From: Promethearchaeota archaeon
Lineage (GTDB): Archaea > Asgardarchaeota > Lokiarchaeia > Sigyniarchaeales > SOKP01
Direction: 5' to 3'
NCBI GenBank assembly: GCA_016839765.1
Contig: JAEOTP010000012.1
Span: forward strand, 32,001-96,000
Length of the DNA stretch: 64,000 nucleotides
Below the pieces are notes generated by a model. It worked only from the letters and a program-made list of their open reading frames with translations, did not search any database and was not told the origin of the DNA. Positions 49,690-58,973 of the stretch are shown in pieces (the first letter of the stretch is position 1; every line of letters begins with the position of its first letter). The position numbers and the translations under genes were made by a program.

Positions 49690-50589
49690 TTATTCTGCTT
49701 TAATTTTAAAAGAAATTTGCCCATCCTCAGATTTTATTATTCTTCCACGTTCATTTTTTTCAAGCATCTTGAAAATTTCAATTAAATCTTCTTTTGGAAG
49801 ATTACTAAAATCCTTATTAGACTCTCTTATTTCAAATATTAAAATTGGCTCTAGGGGTGAAATCTCCATTACCCATTCATAAATTTCCTCTGCCCAGTTA
49901 TCAAGCGTTTTCCAGTATATTCTCAACTTTTCTTTACTTTTGGATAACCAAAGTGCTTGATTTTTCTCAACTAGATCCTCAGCAATAATTTCTAAAGCAG
50001 TATGTCGATCTTCAAACTTAGAAAAAGGTTTTTCTGATTGTAATTTTCTTAAATATAAGATATGAAGTATAGCATATCTTGCATAATCAAAAATAACTTT
50101 TGACCATTCACTTTTCCATGATTCAAAATCTGTATGATTGGTCTTTTTATTGGGAATTGAAAACATGAATACATATCTTTTTTCTTCAAGCCATGGATGA
50201 TCATTTAGTAATAATTCATAGGTGGATACTTCTTTAGCAACAACACCCTTTTCGCCAACTATCTCTTGTTCTATTGCTTCAAGTTCTTTTTCTATTTGTT
50301 CAGAATGTTGTTTGTATGCTTTTGAATCTACATCTCCCAGTTTACTTGTTAAAAAATCCTCAATTCTATCCAAGCGGGTTTCAATATCTTCAGTTATGGC
50401 TTTTTCAGAAGTCTCGTTTTGTGCTCCCTCTTCTTTAATTATTTCATTTTCCTCAACTTCTTGAAGTTTTTTTTGTCTTTTTAGTTCTTTTAATCTTGCT
50501 AATTCTTTCCTTAAATCATCTAATTCTTTTCCTGCTTTCTCTTCAGGTTCTTTAGGGATTTCTTTTGATTTTTCTCCTTGCCGTTCCAT
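49690..50589 (-). CDS. vps25: ESCRT-II Vps25-like protein with a ~120-aa acidic coiled-coil N-terminal extension
   Basis: W..EW..VI..Y, A.W.......IYWKT...WAE.IYEWV, L..E.L......LE...RG winged-helix signature. Confidence 0.85.
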   Translation of the reverse strand: MERQGEKSKEIPKEPEEKAGKELDDLRKELARLKELKRQKKLQEVEENEIIKEEGAQNETSEKAITEDIETRLDRIEDFLTSKLGDVDSKAYKQHSEQIEKELEAIEQEIVGEKGVVAKEVSTYELLLNDHPWLEEKRYVFMFSIPNKKTNHTDFESWKSEWSKVIFDYARYAILHILYLRKLQSEKPFSKFEDRHTALEIIAEDLVEKNQALWLSKSKEKLRIYWKTLDNWAEEIYEWVMEISPLEPILIFEIRESNKDFSNLPKEDLIEIFKMLEKNERGRIIKSEDGQISFKIKAE

Positions 50590-50612
50590 TTTTTATGCAA
50601 CCAACTTTTTTA

Positions 50613-51803
50613 TTAAAATTCTCCGAATTCTTCAGCCCAATCTTGATATCTTTTTAATACAGACCCAGTGGTCATTGGTTTTATTTTTTTAATCGTTTTT
50701 AGAAAATCTTTTAAATTTATATCCCTTACAATGACTTCTTTATCTGGATCTTCCAACAATCCTCCCATATCTAATTCTCGAACAGGAATCATTATTACCT
50801 CTCGACATACATTAGAAATGTCTCGACCTGAATAACCATCAGAACGAACAGCCAATTCAATAAAATCTTCATCCTTTAATGCAGAATTAACACCTGCGGT
50901 ATGAATCTTAAAAATTCCTGCTCTAGCTGGTTGATCTGGAAGGGGAACATATACCTTTTTTTCGAATCTACTTAACATTGCGATATCAATATCCCAAGGT
51001 CGATTTGTAGCTCCGAGTACAAGTAATGGTTTGTCATGAGTTGATTTTACTCCTTGGATTTCTTGTAATAACTGGGTTTTTACTCTTCTCTCTCCCCCTC
51101 CTTCATGACCACTTCCTCTCGTTGTGGTTACAGAATCAATTTCATCCATGAAAATTAAGCTTGGTGCTTTCAGTCGAGCTACTTTGAACAAAGATGATAT
51201 TAACTTCTCACTCTCACCTAACCACTTACTTAATAAATCTGCTGATGAAACACTGAAAAAAGTGGCTTTACATTCAGTCGCTGCTGCCTTAGCTAGCAAA
51301 GTCTTTCCACATCCAGGAGGCCCAAATAGCAATATCCCTGACCATGGTTTCCTAGCACCAGTAAATAATTGTGGTTTCATAATTGGTAACACTATAGCTT
51401 CTCTTACAGCTTGCTTACAATCTTTTAAGCCTGCAATATCTTTCCATTTAACATTTGGTGATTCTGTTAAAATCGTGCCTGAAATGGAATCCATAAGTTC
51501 TTGTTCTTCTGAAGACACAGCACCTTCCTCCCCTCCTTCTCCTTTTGGCTCACTTGGACTTACTGCTGGAGATGATCTTCGTGCTCGTGGACCACTTAAA
51601 TGAGCTTTAAGAGCTTGGGCACGAGTAACATACTGTTCAATTTGATCTTGGCATTTTCTTATCATCATGGGATTTTTATTATATTTGACAAATTGAATAA
51701 GTATTTCAGCTGCCCGTTGATATTTGTTTATAGCTTGTCTATATCTACCTGCTTCATCTAATTTTACAGCGGCATTTGCTTCTTCAACAGCATATTGATA
51801 CAA
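50613..51803 (-). CDS. vps4: Vps4 AAA+ ATPase with N-terminal MIT domain (start may be ATC/ATT at ~51824-51827)
   Basis: MIT AV.LD....Y..A...Y....E.L; PNVKW.DIAGL, RKPWSGILLFGPPGCGKT, DLLSKWLGESEK, DEIDS, RRVKTQLL, ATNRPW. Confidence 0.96.
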   Translation of the reverse strand: MYQYAVEEANAAVKLDEAGRYRQAINKYQRAAEILIQFVKYNKNPMMIRKCQDQIEQYVTRAQALKAHLSGPRARRSSPAVSPSEPKGEGGEEGAVSSEEQELMDSISGTILTESPNVKWKDIAGLKDCKQAVREAIVLPIMKPQLFTGARKPWSGILLFGPPGCGKTLLAKAAATECKATFFSVSSADLLSKWLGESEKLISSLFKVARLKAPSLIFMDEIDSVTTTRGSGHEGGGERRVKTQLLQEIQGVKSTHDKPLLVLGATNRPWDIDIAMLSRFEKKVYVPLPDQPARAGIFKIHTAGVNSALKDEDFIELAVRSDGYSGRDISNVCREVIMIPVRELDMGGLLEDPDKEVIVRDINLKDFLKTIKKIKPMTTGSVLKRYQDWAEEFGEF

Positions 51804-52095
51804 TTTGGAGTCTACTGATGAGATAATAATAACCTCTTATTTTTAGCTTATTTTATTGTATAATATTTCAATTGTTATTTAAATTAATCTAATACTAATC
51901 TTTCCTTATAATTAATATTAAATAAAAGGTATTTCAAATTTTCTTTTTAATCATATAGATTCTAAATAATTCTTATTTTATTTGTAGTTTCTTCTCAAAC
52001 ATTTGACGTAATTATTGGTCTACAAAAAATTATATAATCTCGAATTTTTTTATATATTATAAAACAACTAAAAATCAAAATGAGATTGAATCAAA

Positions 52096-52725
52096 ATGGG
52101 TTTTCTTAAAGATCTATCAGGCTGGTTGTCTGGAGGCCGTAAAAAGGATACAGTTCGTTCTGCAACAATTAGATTGAAAGTTTTCAATAAACGATTAATG
52201 AGACAGACTAAAAAAATGGAAATAACTGCCAAACAAGCAAGAGATAAAGCTGTAAATCTTCGAAAGGCAGGTGATATGGAAGGATCTACATTTCACGCTC
52301 GTAATTATCTCCAAGTTAAAAAACAAGCAAGGGCAATAGATTTATTCAGGACAAACCTTGAAGGCATGGTATTTAAATTAGAACAAGCAACAGCAGTTAA
52401 AGATGTTGCTGATATTATGCATGGAATTGCACAAAGCTTGGGAGCATTAAAGAATCAATTGTCTATTCCACAAATCACAGAACTAATGACCCAAATTGGA
52501 GTAGATATAGAGGATTTTAGTGTAACTGAGGAAATCACCACTGATGGTATAAATGAGGTTATGCTAGACACAGCAGTTACTGATAATGATGTTAAGGAAG
52601 TATTAGGCGAAATAGATGCCGAAATAGGTGCTGAAATTGGTGGAGCACTTCCATCTGTGGCAGAACCTGATGGAAAAGTTAAAGAATTAGAAGATGAGTT
52701 ACGAAAATTGAAATCAAAAGATTAA
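52096..52725 (+). CDS. ESCRT-III (Snf7 family, Vps2/24/46-like) subunit
   Basis: Basic helical N-half, acidic C-half, K.A..G......A..Y pattern, C-terminal MIM1-like ELEDELRKLK; divergent from vps4. Confidence 0.9.
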   Translation: MGFLKDLSGWLSGGRKKDTVRSATIRLKVFNKRLMRQTKKMEITAKQARDKAVNLRKAGDMEGSTFHARNYLQVKKQARAIDLFRTNLEGMVFKLEQATAVKDVADIMHGIAQSLGALKNQLSIPQITELMTQIGVDIEDFSVTEEITTDGINEVMLDTAVTDNDVKEVLGEIDAEIGAEIGGALPSVAEPDGKVKELEDELRKLKSKD

Positions 52726-52815
52726 TACAAACTTTTTCCTATACATTTTGAAGTAAAATTATTTAAGATCAAATACTATTTTTAACTTATTCTTTAATTC
52801 AATTATTAATATTTC

Positions 52816-53844
52816 GTGTTATTTATGACCAATAATTATGATTTAATTTCAATTGGCAGCTGTACACTTGATTGTATAATCTCTGTAAAAGATATTCTCA
52901 GATTTGAATTATTCGAAAAGGAAATAGTTAAAAAGTATACAGCAATTGAGTATAGCCGAAAATTGAATGTGGAAAATATGCGATTTGTTCCGGGAGGTTC
53001 AGGTGCTAATATTGCTGCCGATTGTGCAATGTTAGGATTAAAGTCAACTTATATAGGTGTTTTAGGAAATGATTTCTCTGCTCAAATTTGCTTAGAAGAT
53101 TTAAAAAAGAGAGGGGTTGATACTTCAAATATTAAGCAAACACATGAGGATAAAACTGCTTTTTCATTAATTTTGAAGACTGAATGGGGAAAGGATAGGA
53201 GTATTTTAGCATATAAAGGAGCAAATAATTTACTTACTCCAGATGATGTAAGAGAAGAACTATTTGAAGGGATTAAAGCTTTTGGTTGGAGTTCCTTAAC
53301 TTCTGAAAATGGATGTCAAGCAATTGATAAAGCAATTTCACTGACAAAAGAGAATGGAGGAAGAGTTTTTGCTGCTCCCAGTATGTCTATCATTAAAAAC
53401 AATCCAATATGGGCAAAAAAATTAATATCAAAATCAGAAATCGTATCGATGAACGCTGAAGAAGCACAAGAATTTACAAATGAATCTGATAGCTATTATA
53501 GTCTTAGAAAAATTTTTGAAATGGGTCCAAAGCTAGTATCAATTACTGATGGAGCTAAAGGCTCTTTGTTGACTGATGGTAAGAAAGTTATTAAAAGTGG
53601 AGTTTATAATGTTGATGTAAAAGATACAACTGGAGCAGGGGATGCTTTTCTAAGCGGTTTGTTAGTTTCTATTTTAACTGGAATTTCTTTAGATAAAATG
53701 ATTAAATTAGCAACCGCAATGTCTTCATTAGAGGCTATGGAAGTAGGCGTTCGAACAGGAATTCCTAATAATATTCAAGAATTAGAGAAATTCATCGCAT
53801 CTCAAGAATTACAACAAATTGTTTCAGAACTCACTCAATTTTAA
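52816..53844 (+). CDS. PfkB family carbohydrate kinase
   Basis: PGGSGANIA, G.LGND, N.EEA, TDGAKG, DTTGAGDAF. Confidence 0.94.
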   Translation: MLFMTNNYDLISIGSCTLDCIISVKDILRFELFEKEIVKKYTAIEYSRKLNVENMRFVPGGSGANIAADCAMLGLKSTYIGVLGNDFSAQICLEDLKKRGVDTSNIKQTHEDKTAFSLILKTEWGKDRSILAYKGANNLLTPDDVREELFEGIKAFGWSSLTSENGCQAIDKAISLTKENGGRVFAAPSMSIIKNNPIWAKKLISKSEIVSMNAEEAQEFTNESDSYYSLRKIFEMGPKLVSITDGAKGSLLTDGKKVIKSGVYNVDVKDTTGAGDAFLSGLLVSILTGISLDKMIKLATAMSSLEAMEVGVRTGIPNNIQELEKFIASQELQQIVSELTQF

Positions 53845-53951
53845 AATCAATAATTAAATTCAATTTTTAATGTAATACAAAAAAAACACCTAAAAATGAG
53901 ATTAAGAATTACTAACTCTAATTTAAATCCTGATTTAAAAAAAAAAAAAAT

Positions 53952-54467
53952 TTAATTAAAAGTTTGGACAAATAATGAACAAGGTCTAACTGAATCAGCA
54001 GTACTACTTCCCTTATATACTAATGTAACAGTATGACTTCCTGAAGTCATGGTTGTGTTATAATGCTGTAATGATACAGACATTCGTAAACCATGAGCAG
54101 AAGCAATATTATATCTTTGTACATAAATTCGAGGTTGAGGCCACATAAGGCCATCTATTTCAAAATGAACTTCAACATAACTAGTAGGATTCGAGCTATC
54201 ATCAAAATTTATTTCAGCTATAAATAAAAAATAAACATCTTGTCCCGAACTAACATCAAAATCTATGGATATACTGGAAATAGTTCCCCAAGCTTCGCTT
54301 GCTTGCATGTAAAACACAGTCGTAGAAAAATCATACCATTGATTTTCTGCTGGTGATGTAGGAGGACTTGCAATATAATTGTCATATAAAATGAAACCTG
54401 TTGCTCCAAGACTAACGATTAGAGCAATCACCGCAATAATACTACTACCTCTTCCCATCTTTTCCAT
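53952..54467 (-). CDS. Membrane-anchored/secreted beta-rich hypothetical protein
   Basis: N-terminal TM; beta-sandwich-like body with SGSHTVTL. Confidence 0.7.
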   Translation of the reverse strand: MEKMGRGSSIIAVIALIVSLGATGFILYDNYIASPPTSPAENQWYDFSTTVFYMQASEAWGTISSISIDFDVSSGQDVYFLFIAEINFDDSSNPTSYVEVHFEIDGLMWPQPRIYVQRYNIASAHGLRMSVSLQHYNTTMTSGSHTVTLVYKGSSTADSVRPCSLFVQTFN

Positions 54468-54739
54468 CTTTTTTTATTTTAAATGAAATTTGTAATTAAA
54501 TATAATTCATAGGCTTTTAAATTTATCTAACGAAATTTTTTACTCAGTCGATATATTATCCATTTTGCGAGAGTGGACCACTTGAACCCGATTATGTCCG
54601 TAAATATATTTTTCCTCCTCTTTCTTTTTTACACCGTTTCAAAACTCACTCAATTTTAAAATCGAAAATTAAATTTCAAAACTTTTTAAATCTATTGATT
54701 AACTAATCCTTATATTAAAAGTTTAATATAATAAAATAG

Positions 54740-55264
54740 ATGGATGTTTACAAGTTTAAGATCGTGATTATTGGCGATGGTGGTGTTGGAAAAACAACAT
54801 TAACACATCGGTATCTCACGGGTGTCTTTAAAGAAACTTACAAATTGACTCTTGGAATGGATTTCTATTTAAAAAAGCTAGAAATGAATGGAAAACAGAT
54901 AAAACTTCACATTTGGGATTTTGCTGGAGAAGAAAAGTTTAGATTTTTATTACCTAGTGCTGTTCTTGCCGCACAGGGGACAATTTTTATGTATGATATT
55001 ACAAGGTATAATACATTTAAGAATTTAACTGACTGGTTATCTGTTTTTGATGAAGCAAATAAAACTCATAATCAGGAAGTATCTACGATTTTAGTAGCAA
55101 GTAAATTAGATCTTGAGGAAAATCGAGCAGTTTCTGAGAATGAGGGCAAAATTTTTGCAGAAGAATATAAATTCTCAGAATATATAGAAAGTTCTTCAAA
55201 AACAGGGGAAAATGTTGACTATATATTTGAAAAAATCACGAGAATAATACTTAAAAAGATATAA
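54740..55264 (+). CDS. Rab-like small GTPase (Ras superfamily)
   Basis: G1 GDGGVGKT, G2 TLG.DF, G3 WDFAGEE, G4 SKLD, G5 SSKTG. Confidence 0.95.
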   Translation: MDVYKFKIVIIGDGGVGKTTLTHRYLTGVFKETYKLTLGMDFYLKKLEMNGKQIKLHIWDFAGEEKFRFLLPSAVLAAQGTIFMYDITRYNTFKNLTDWLSVFDEANKTHNQEVSTILVASKLDLEENRAVSENEGKIFAEEYKFSEYIESSSKTGENVDYIFEKITRIILKKI

Positions 55265-55380
55265 ACCTTTACCACTTATCTAATTTCTTTTAGTACTAAT
55301 TTAAAACATCTAATTATCATTATACTTATAATGCATCATAATAACTAGTATTAAATTTTATAATTTGAGTTGAAATTAAG

Positions 55381-56244
55381 ATGAATATAACTAAATATAA
55401 AAGAGCTTTAATTTACTTTGCGATATATTGTATATTTTGGATTGCTATTTCTATTGCACTATCTTTGCTAACAGGTAAAGGAGACGACTTAACAAAATTT
55501 ATTCCAATTTCTGATATGGGAATTGAAACAGCCCTAATTGCTATAGTGTTATTGCCATTATCTTCAATAATAGGGTTATTTATTGGTGGTTATGGGTTTT
55601 CACCTCTTTTTCTCTACTTCCATAAAAGAATTTTTAGATCAAAAGCGGAGTATGGTATTTACAATAGGCCAGAATTTGAAAAATTTAAATTCTTTTCTTC
55701 AGGTTTGTTTTCAGCATTAATGGCTATTAACTTTTCACTATTCTTACTTAATCCGAGTATCGTGAGCCTTTCAATAGGCTCCATTCCTGACAGTCAAGAT
55801 GATTATGCTAAAACTTTTGTAGTACTATTAGTATTTACATTTATTATTGCAACAATACTCTTCTCAACTACGTGGTTTATAAAAGATTCTGGTATCCTAT
55901 ATTCAAATAAAAATCACCTTAAAAAAACTAACAATCCTCCCGAAATACGTTCTATTGGCAGATGGTATGGACAATTTTTAAAAGGATATGCTGGTGTGTC
56001 TGTAATATTTTCATACTTTGAATTTATTACAATTTTTCTAGTAGAAACTGCAGGTATAGGAAATTTATTCCCTATTTTGCTGGCAATCTTCATTCCATTC
56101 CCATTTTTCATGATAATCCCATATATTCCAACTTTAATAATCTCAGATGTAATTGAACAACATAGAAATAATTATATTCGAAAGTATGCAAGAAAATTAG
56201 GCATTACCAAACCAGTTGAAATAACATTTGAATTGGGAGTATAA
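55381..56244 (+). CDS. Multi-pass membrane protein of unknown function
   Basis: About 6 TM helices; W.I.DSGI.Y and KGYAG.S motifs. Confidence 0.75.
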   Translation: MNITKYKRALIYFAIYCIFWIAISIALSLLTGKGDDLTKFIPISDMGIETALIAIVLLPLSSIIGLFIGGYGFSPLFLYFHKRIFRSKAEYGIYNRPEFEKFKFFSSGLFSALMAINFSLFLLNPSIVSLSIGSIPDSQDDYAKTFVVLLVFTFIIATILFSTTWFIKDSGILYSNKNHLKKTNNPPEIRSIGRWYGQFLKGYAGVSVIFSYFEFITIFLVETAGIGNLFPILLAIFIPFPFFMIIPYIPTLIISDVIEQHRNNYIRKYARKLGITKPVEITFELGV

Positions 56245-56345
56245 TTTAAATAGTATTTTTACCTTTTAGCAAATCAATAAATTTTAATTTTTATTTATAT
56301 TAGGAATTACATACTATTTATTTTTCTAAAATAATTGATAGGAAA

Positions 56346-56416
56346 GCGTCGTTAGTATAGTGGTAGAATTCACGCCTGCCACGCGTGGGACCCGGGTTCG
56401 AATCCCGGACGACGCA
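56346..56416 (+). tRNA. tRNA-Gly(GCC), CCA not encoded
   Basis: GCGTCGT/ACGACGC acceptor, CACGC-CTGCCAC-GCGTG anticodon arm, CCGGG-TTCGAAT-CCCGG T arm. Confidence 0.96.
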
Positions 56417-56590
56417 TTTTAAAAATAACAATTCAACGAAAAACGTAAAACTTTGTAATGCAATCAATTTGTCTTTATAATATCTAAATATCATTACAGT
56501 GATATTATGATATATATAAATTAACGTGAAATCCACCTTTCACGATCAATTATGAATTAGCGGGATGATTAAAATCAAATTTTCTTAAAT

Positions 56591-57433
56591 TTATAAAGTA
56601 CTAAGAAAATTTGAAATATCTGAGGATCTAGGGACTTCAACTTCAAAATAGTATTCAACAATTTCATACAAATAATCTAAATAAGGAATGGATATTTTAA
56701 CATCATGTTTTTTTTTCAATTCACTTATCATCTTTTTTGAATAGATTTTTTCATTCTTCTTTAGGTTATTAATAACATCTATTATGGTTTTAGATAATTC
56801 GAAAGCTTTTTGTATTTCATTTTTTAGGATAATTAAACTAGTTAACGGATCATATTCACTTAGAAATTTCTGAATTATTGTCTTTTCTACATTTAATTTG
56901 GTGGATTGAATTTTACTATTAAAATCATTAATTACTTCCCGACCTTTAAATGCAAAATGCTCATCAAATGCCTTACTATTATAATCCTCTTCAGTAATCA
57001 TACTAAGATCAATATTAAATGTGTTTTGTGTTAAATAATCAATAAAGTTTGAAATTTGGCTAAACATGTATGTTTGATCAGAAATTATAACTATTTTCTT
57101 ATTATAGATCATTGCCCTCAATACATAGCCTAGTAATGAAGCTGTTAAATTTAGTTTAATTAAATCGATTTCAAATAAATCCGATAAATCTTTCTCAACT
57201 TCAGTTATTTCTTCAGAAATAGCATTTGGGAGTTCGACTTGAAAATCGGCTTTAAATGTATCTCTTACAACAAAATTTTTATCAACGTAAGCAACAAAAG
57301 AATGTTCACAAACAATACCTTCTTCGATGTTAACTGTAAATAGACCTCGCGAAGCTTTTTTAACTTCATCATCAGAAACTTCGATAAAATTATTTTTTGA
57401 GCAAGTGGGGCAACGAACTTGAAGTTTAGCCAT
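56591..57433 (-). CDS. Hypothetical protein with N-terminal zinc ribbon (CxxC...CxH)
   Basis: VRCPTC...IVCEHSFVAYVDKNF.VR; helical C-terminus. Confidence 0.75.
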   Translation of the reverse strand: MAKLQVRCPTCSKNNFIEVSDDEVKKASRGLFTVNIEEGIVCEHSFVAYVDKNFVVRDTFKADFQVELPNAISEEITEVEKDLSDLFEIDLIKLNLTASLLGYVLRAMIYNKKIVIISDQTYMFSQISNFIDYLTQNTFNIDLSMITEEDYNSKAFDEHFAFKGREVINDFNSKIQSTKLNVEKTIIQKFLSEYDPLTSLIILKNEIQKAFELSKTIIDVINNLKKNEKIYSKKMISELKKKHDVKISIPYLDYLYEIVEYYFEVEVPRSSDISNFLSTL

Positions 57434-57570
57434 ATTTGGAATCGATTATCTAATTAATTTTTATACTATCTAGATTATGAATATTGATTTATATAAATCT
57501 TAACTATTTTGATGTGAATTTAATAGGAGATTTTAGAGTATAAACGAAGGCTATTATGGTTTTAAAAAAA

Positions 57571-58050
57571 TTAATATCTTTTTATCTTTCCGTATCTTTT
57601 CTCAATGAGATTTGCTAACAGCAAACATATTAACGCGGAAAAGTTTTCTGCCACTAAAAATGATAACGTATTATCTAAATAAATAATGCCAATATAATAA
57701 GAAATAAAGAAGAAGATTGTAAAAAAAATAAACATAATAAGTAAGGGTTTTACAATAGGAAAATTTAAAATTCTCTTAAGAATGGGTAAATCGCCTCTTG
57801 ATTTCTGAAATTGTGTTTTTAACTTTTGTTTTCGTTCTATTTGCGCATATGCCTCAAAAATTATTGTTGTTCCAAAATATAAAGCAACAGTAGCTCCAAT
57901 CGGAATTAATATAACAACATAAAAACTTCCAACACTTAATAAATATTGTGCAATGAAAATGAATAAAATTTGAAAAAACCCACAGGCTCCAAAAATCATA
58001 AAAGCAAATGGGATATATTCTTTCGTTCTCCAGCGTACTCTTATTGGCAT
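57571..58050 (-). CDS. Four-TM membrane protein of unknown function
   Basis: Four hydrophobic segments; starts 37 bp downstream of tRNA-Val on the same strand. Confidence 0.7.
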   Translation of the reverse strand: MPIRVRWRTKEYIPFAFMIFGACGFFQILFIFIAQYLLSVGSFYVVILIPIGATVALYFGTTIIFEAYAQIERKQKLKTQFQKSRGDLPILKRILNFPIVKPLLIMFIFFTIFFFISYYIGIIYLDNTLSFLVAENFSALICLLLANLIEKRYGKIKRY

Positions 58051-58086
58051 TTTTTAGCAATCTTTTCTTAATTTTTTTTAATATAA

Positions 58087-58177
58087 TGGGCCCGGCGCGA
58101 TTTGAACGCGCGACCTTCCGCACGTCAAGCGGACGTCACTGCAGGCTTTCAAGCTTTCCGAGCTAGACCACGGGCCC
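58087..58177 (-). tRNA. tRNA-Val(GAC) with a ~17-nt insertion (probable intron, position 21/22) in the D-loop
   Basis: GGGCCCG/CGGGCCC acceptor, TCCGC-TTGACGT-GCGGA anticodon arm, GCGCG-TTCAAAT-CGCGC T arm; 91 nt in total, with the extra sequence between GG18-19 and the 3' D-stem. Confidence 0.88.
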
Positions 58178-58361
58178 AATGAATTATCTATCAATTCGAT
58201 ATTATAATTATCGAAATTAATGATATGTAATTTATATTATTAAAAAATAAATATTTTATGAGTCTTTTTTTTTATTTTTAAGAAGGAGCTATCACTAAAG
58301 TATTAATCTCTAGATTTATGATTTTTGAATTATAAAATCAAAAAAAAATAAGATTTATGAT

Positions 58362-58973
58362 TTAAATTATATTAGCTATGTTTAAAAGATTGAGGGTAAA
58401 ATAGCTCAAAAAAATAGCAGCAAAAATAATCATGAAAACTTTTTTTATTAAAATTGTGTTAACAAGAATTAATATTGCTGCTACAAGGAAAAGGATACCT
58501 ATTATCCATTGAATTATCAAATACATTACAGGAGGAAATCCAAAAAAAATAATAAATATGCTAAAAGTAAGAGAAGAGGCCCATGCTATAGTCAATAGAA
58601 TTCCTGCTGATAAACTTAAACTACCCTTATGTTCTTTATTTTTACTCCCAAATTTAATAAATGCAATTCCAAGAATTATATTCACACTATAGTTAATAAT
58701 CATTATTGTTAAATAATAAGATAATCCAATAAAATAATCCGGAAACGTGTATGAAAACATTACAGAGGGTAAAAATTGAGAAATTATGCTCCAACTCAAG
58801 ACAATAATCCCAACAGTGCTTAAGAATTTCACTGATTCAAAATTTCTCTCATCTTTTTTTAACTCTGAACATCCTATAATTAAAAAGATATAGGCTGCTA
58901 CGGGTAGAATAAAATAGAGCCATCCCCAAACAGAATATATCCAATCCCAGTAAAAATAAAAACTTATTGCCAT
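58362..58973 (-). CDS. Multi-pass membrane protein of unknown function
   Basis: About 6 hydrophobic segments. Confidence 0.7.
   Translation of the reverse strand: MAISFYFYWDWIYSVWGWLYFILPVAAYIFLIIGCSELKKDERNFESVKFLSTVGIIVLSWSIISQFLPSVMFSYTFPDYFIGLSYYLTIMIINYSVNIILGIAFIKFGSKNKEHKGSLSLSAGILLTIAWASSLTFSIFIIFFGFPPVMYLIIQWIIGILFLVAAILILVNTILIKKVFMIIFAAIFLSYFTLNLLNIANII

Noticed and set aside
51124-51603. 159-aa + strand ORF, and similar antisense ORFs at 2427, 9650, 59212 and elsewhere
   Set aside because: Antisense shadows of well-supported genes (vps4, deacetylase, CPBP, pgk) with no motifs of their own
54540-54650. Slightly GC-richer intergenic patch upstream of the GTPase
   Set aside because: Only a short startless frame and no convincing fold or motif; cannot support a call
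56318-56536. 72-aa minus-strand ORF
   Set aside because: Overlaps tRNA-Gly in antisense; spurious
56525-56544. CGTGAAA-N6-TTTCACG inverted repeat downstream of tRNA-Gly
   Set aside because: A single 7-bp stem between convergent genes; may be a terminator or chance, with too little evidence
57854-58123. 89-aa minus-strand ORF
   Set aside because: Starts inside tRNA-Val and overlaps the 57571-58050 gene out of frame
56346-58177. Integrated element between the two tRNAs
   Set aside because: No integrase and no duplicated tRNA 3' end (att site) found by eye
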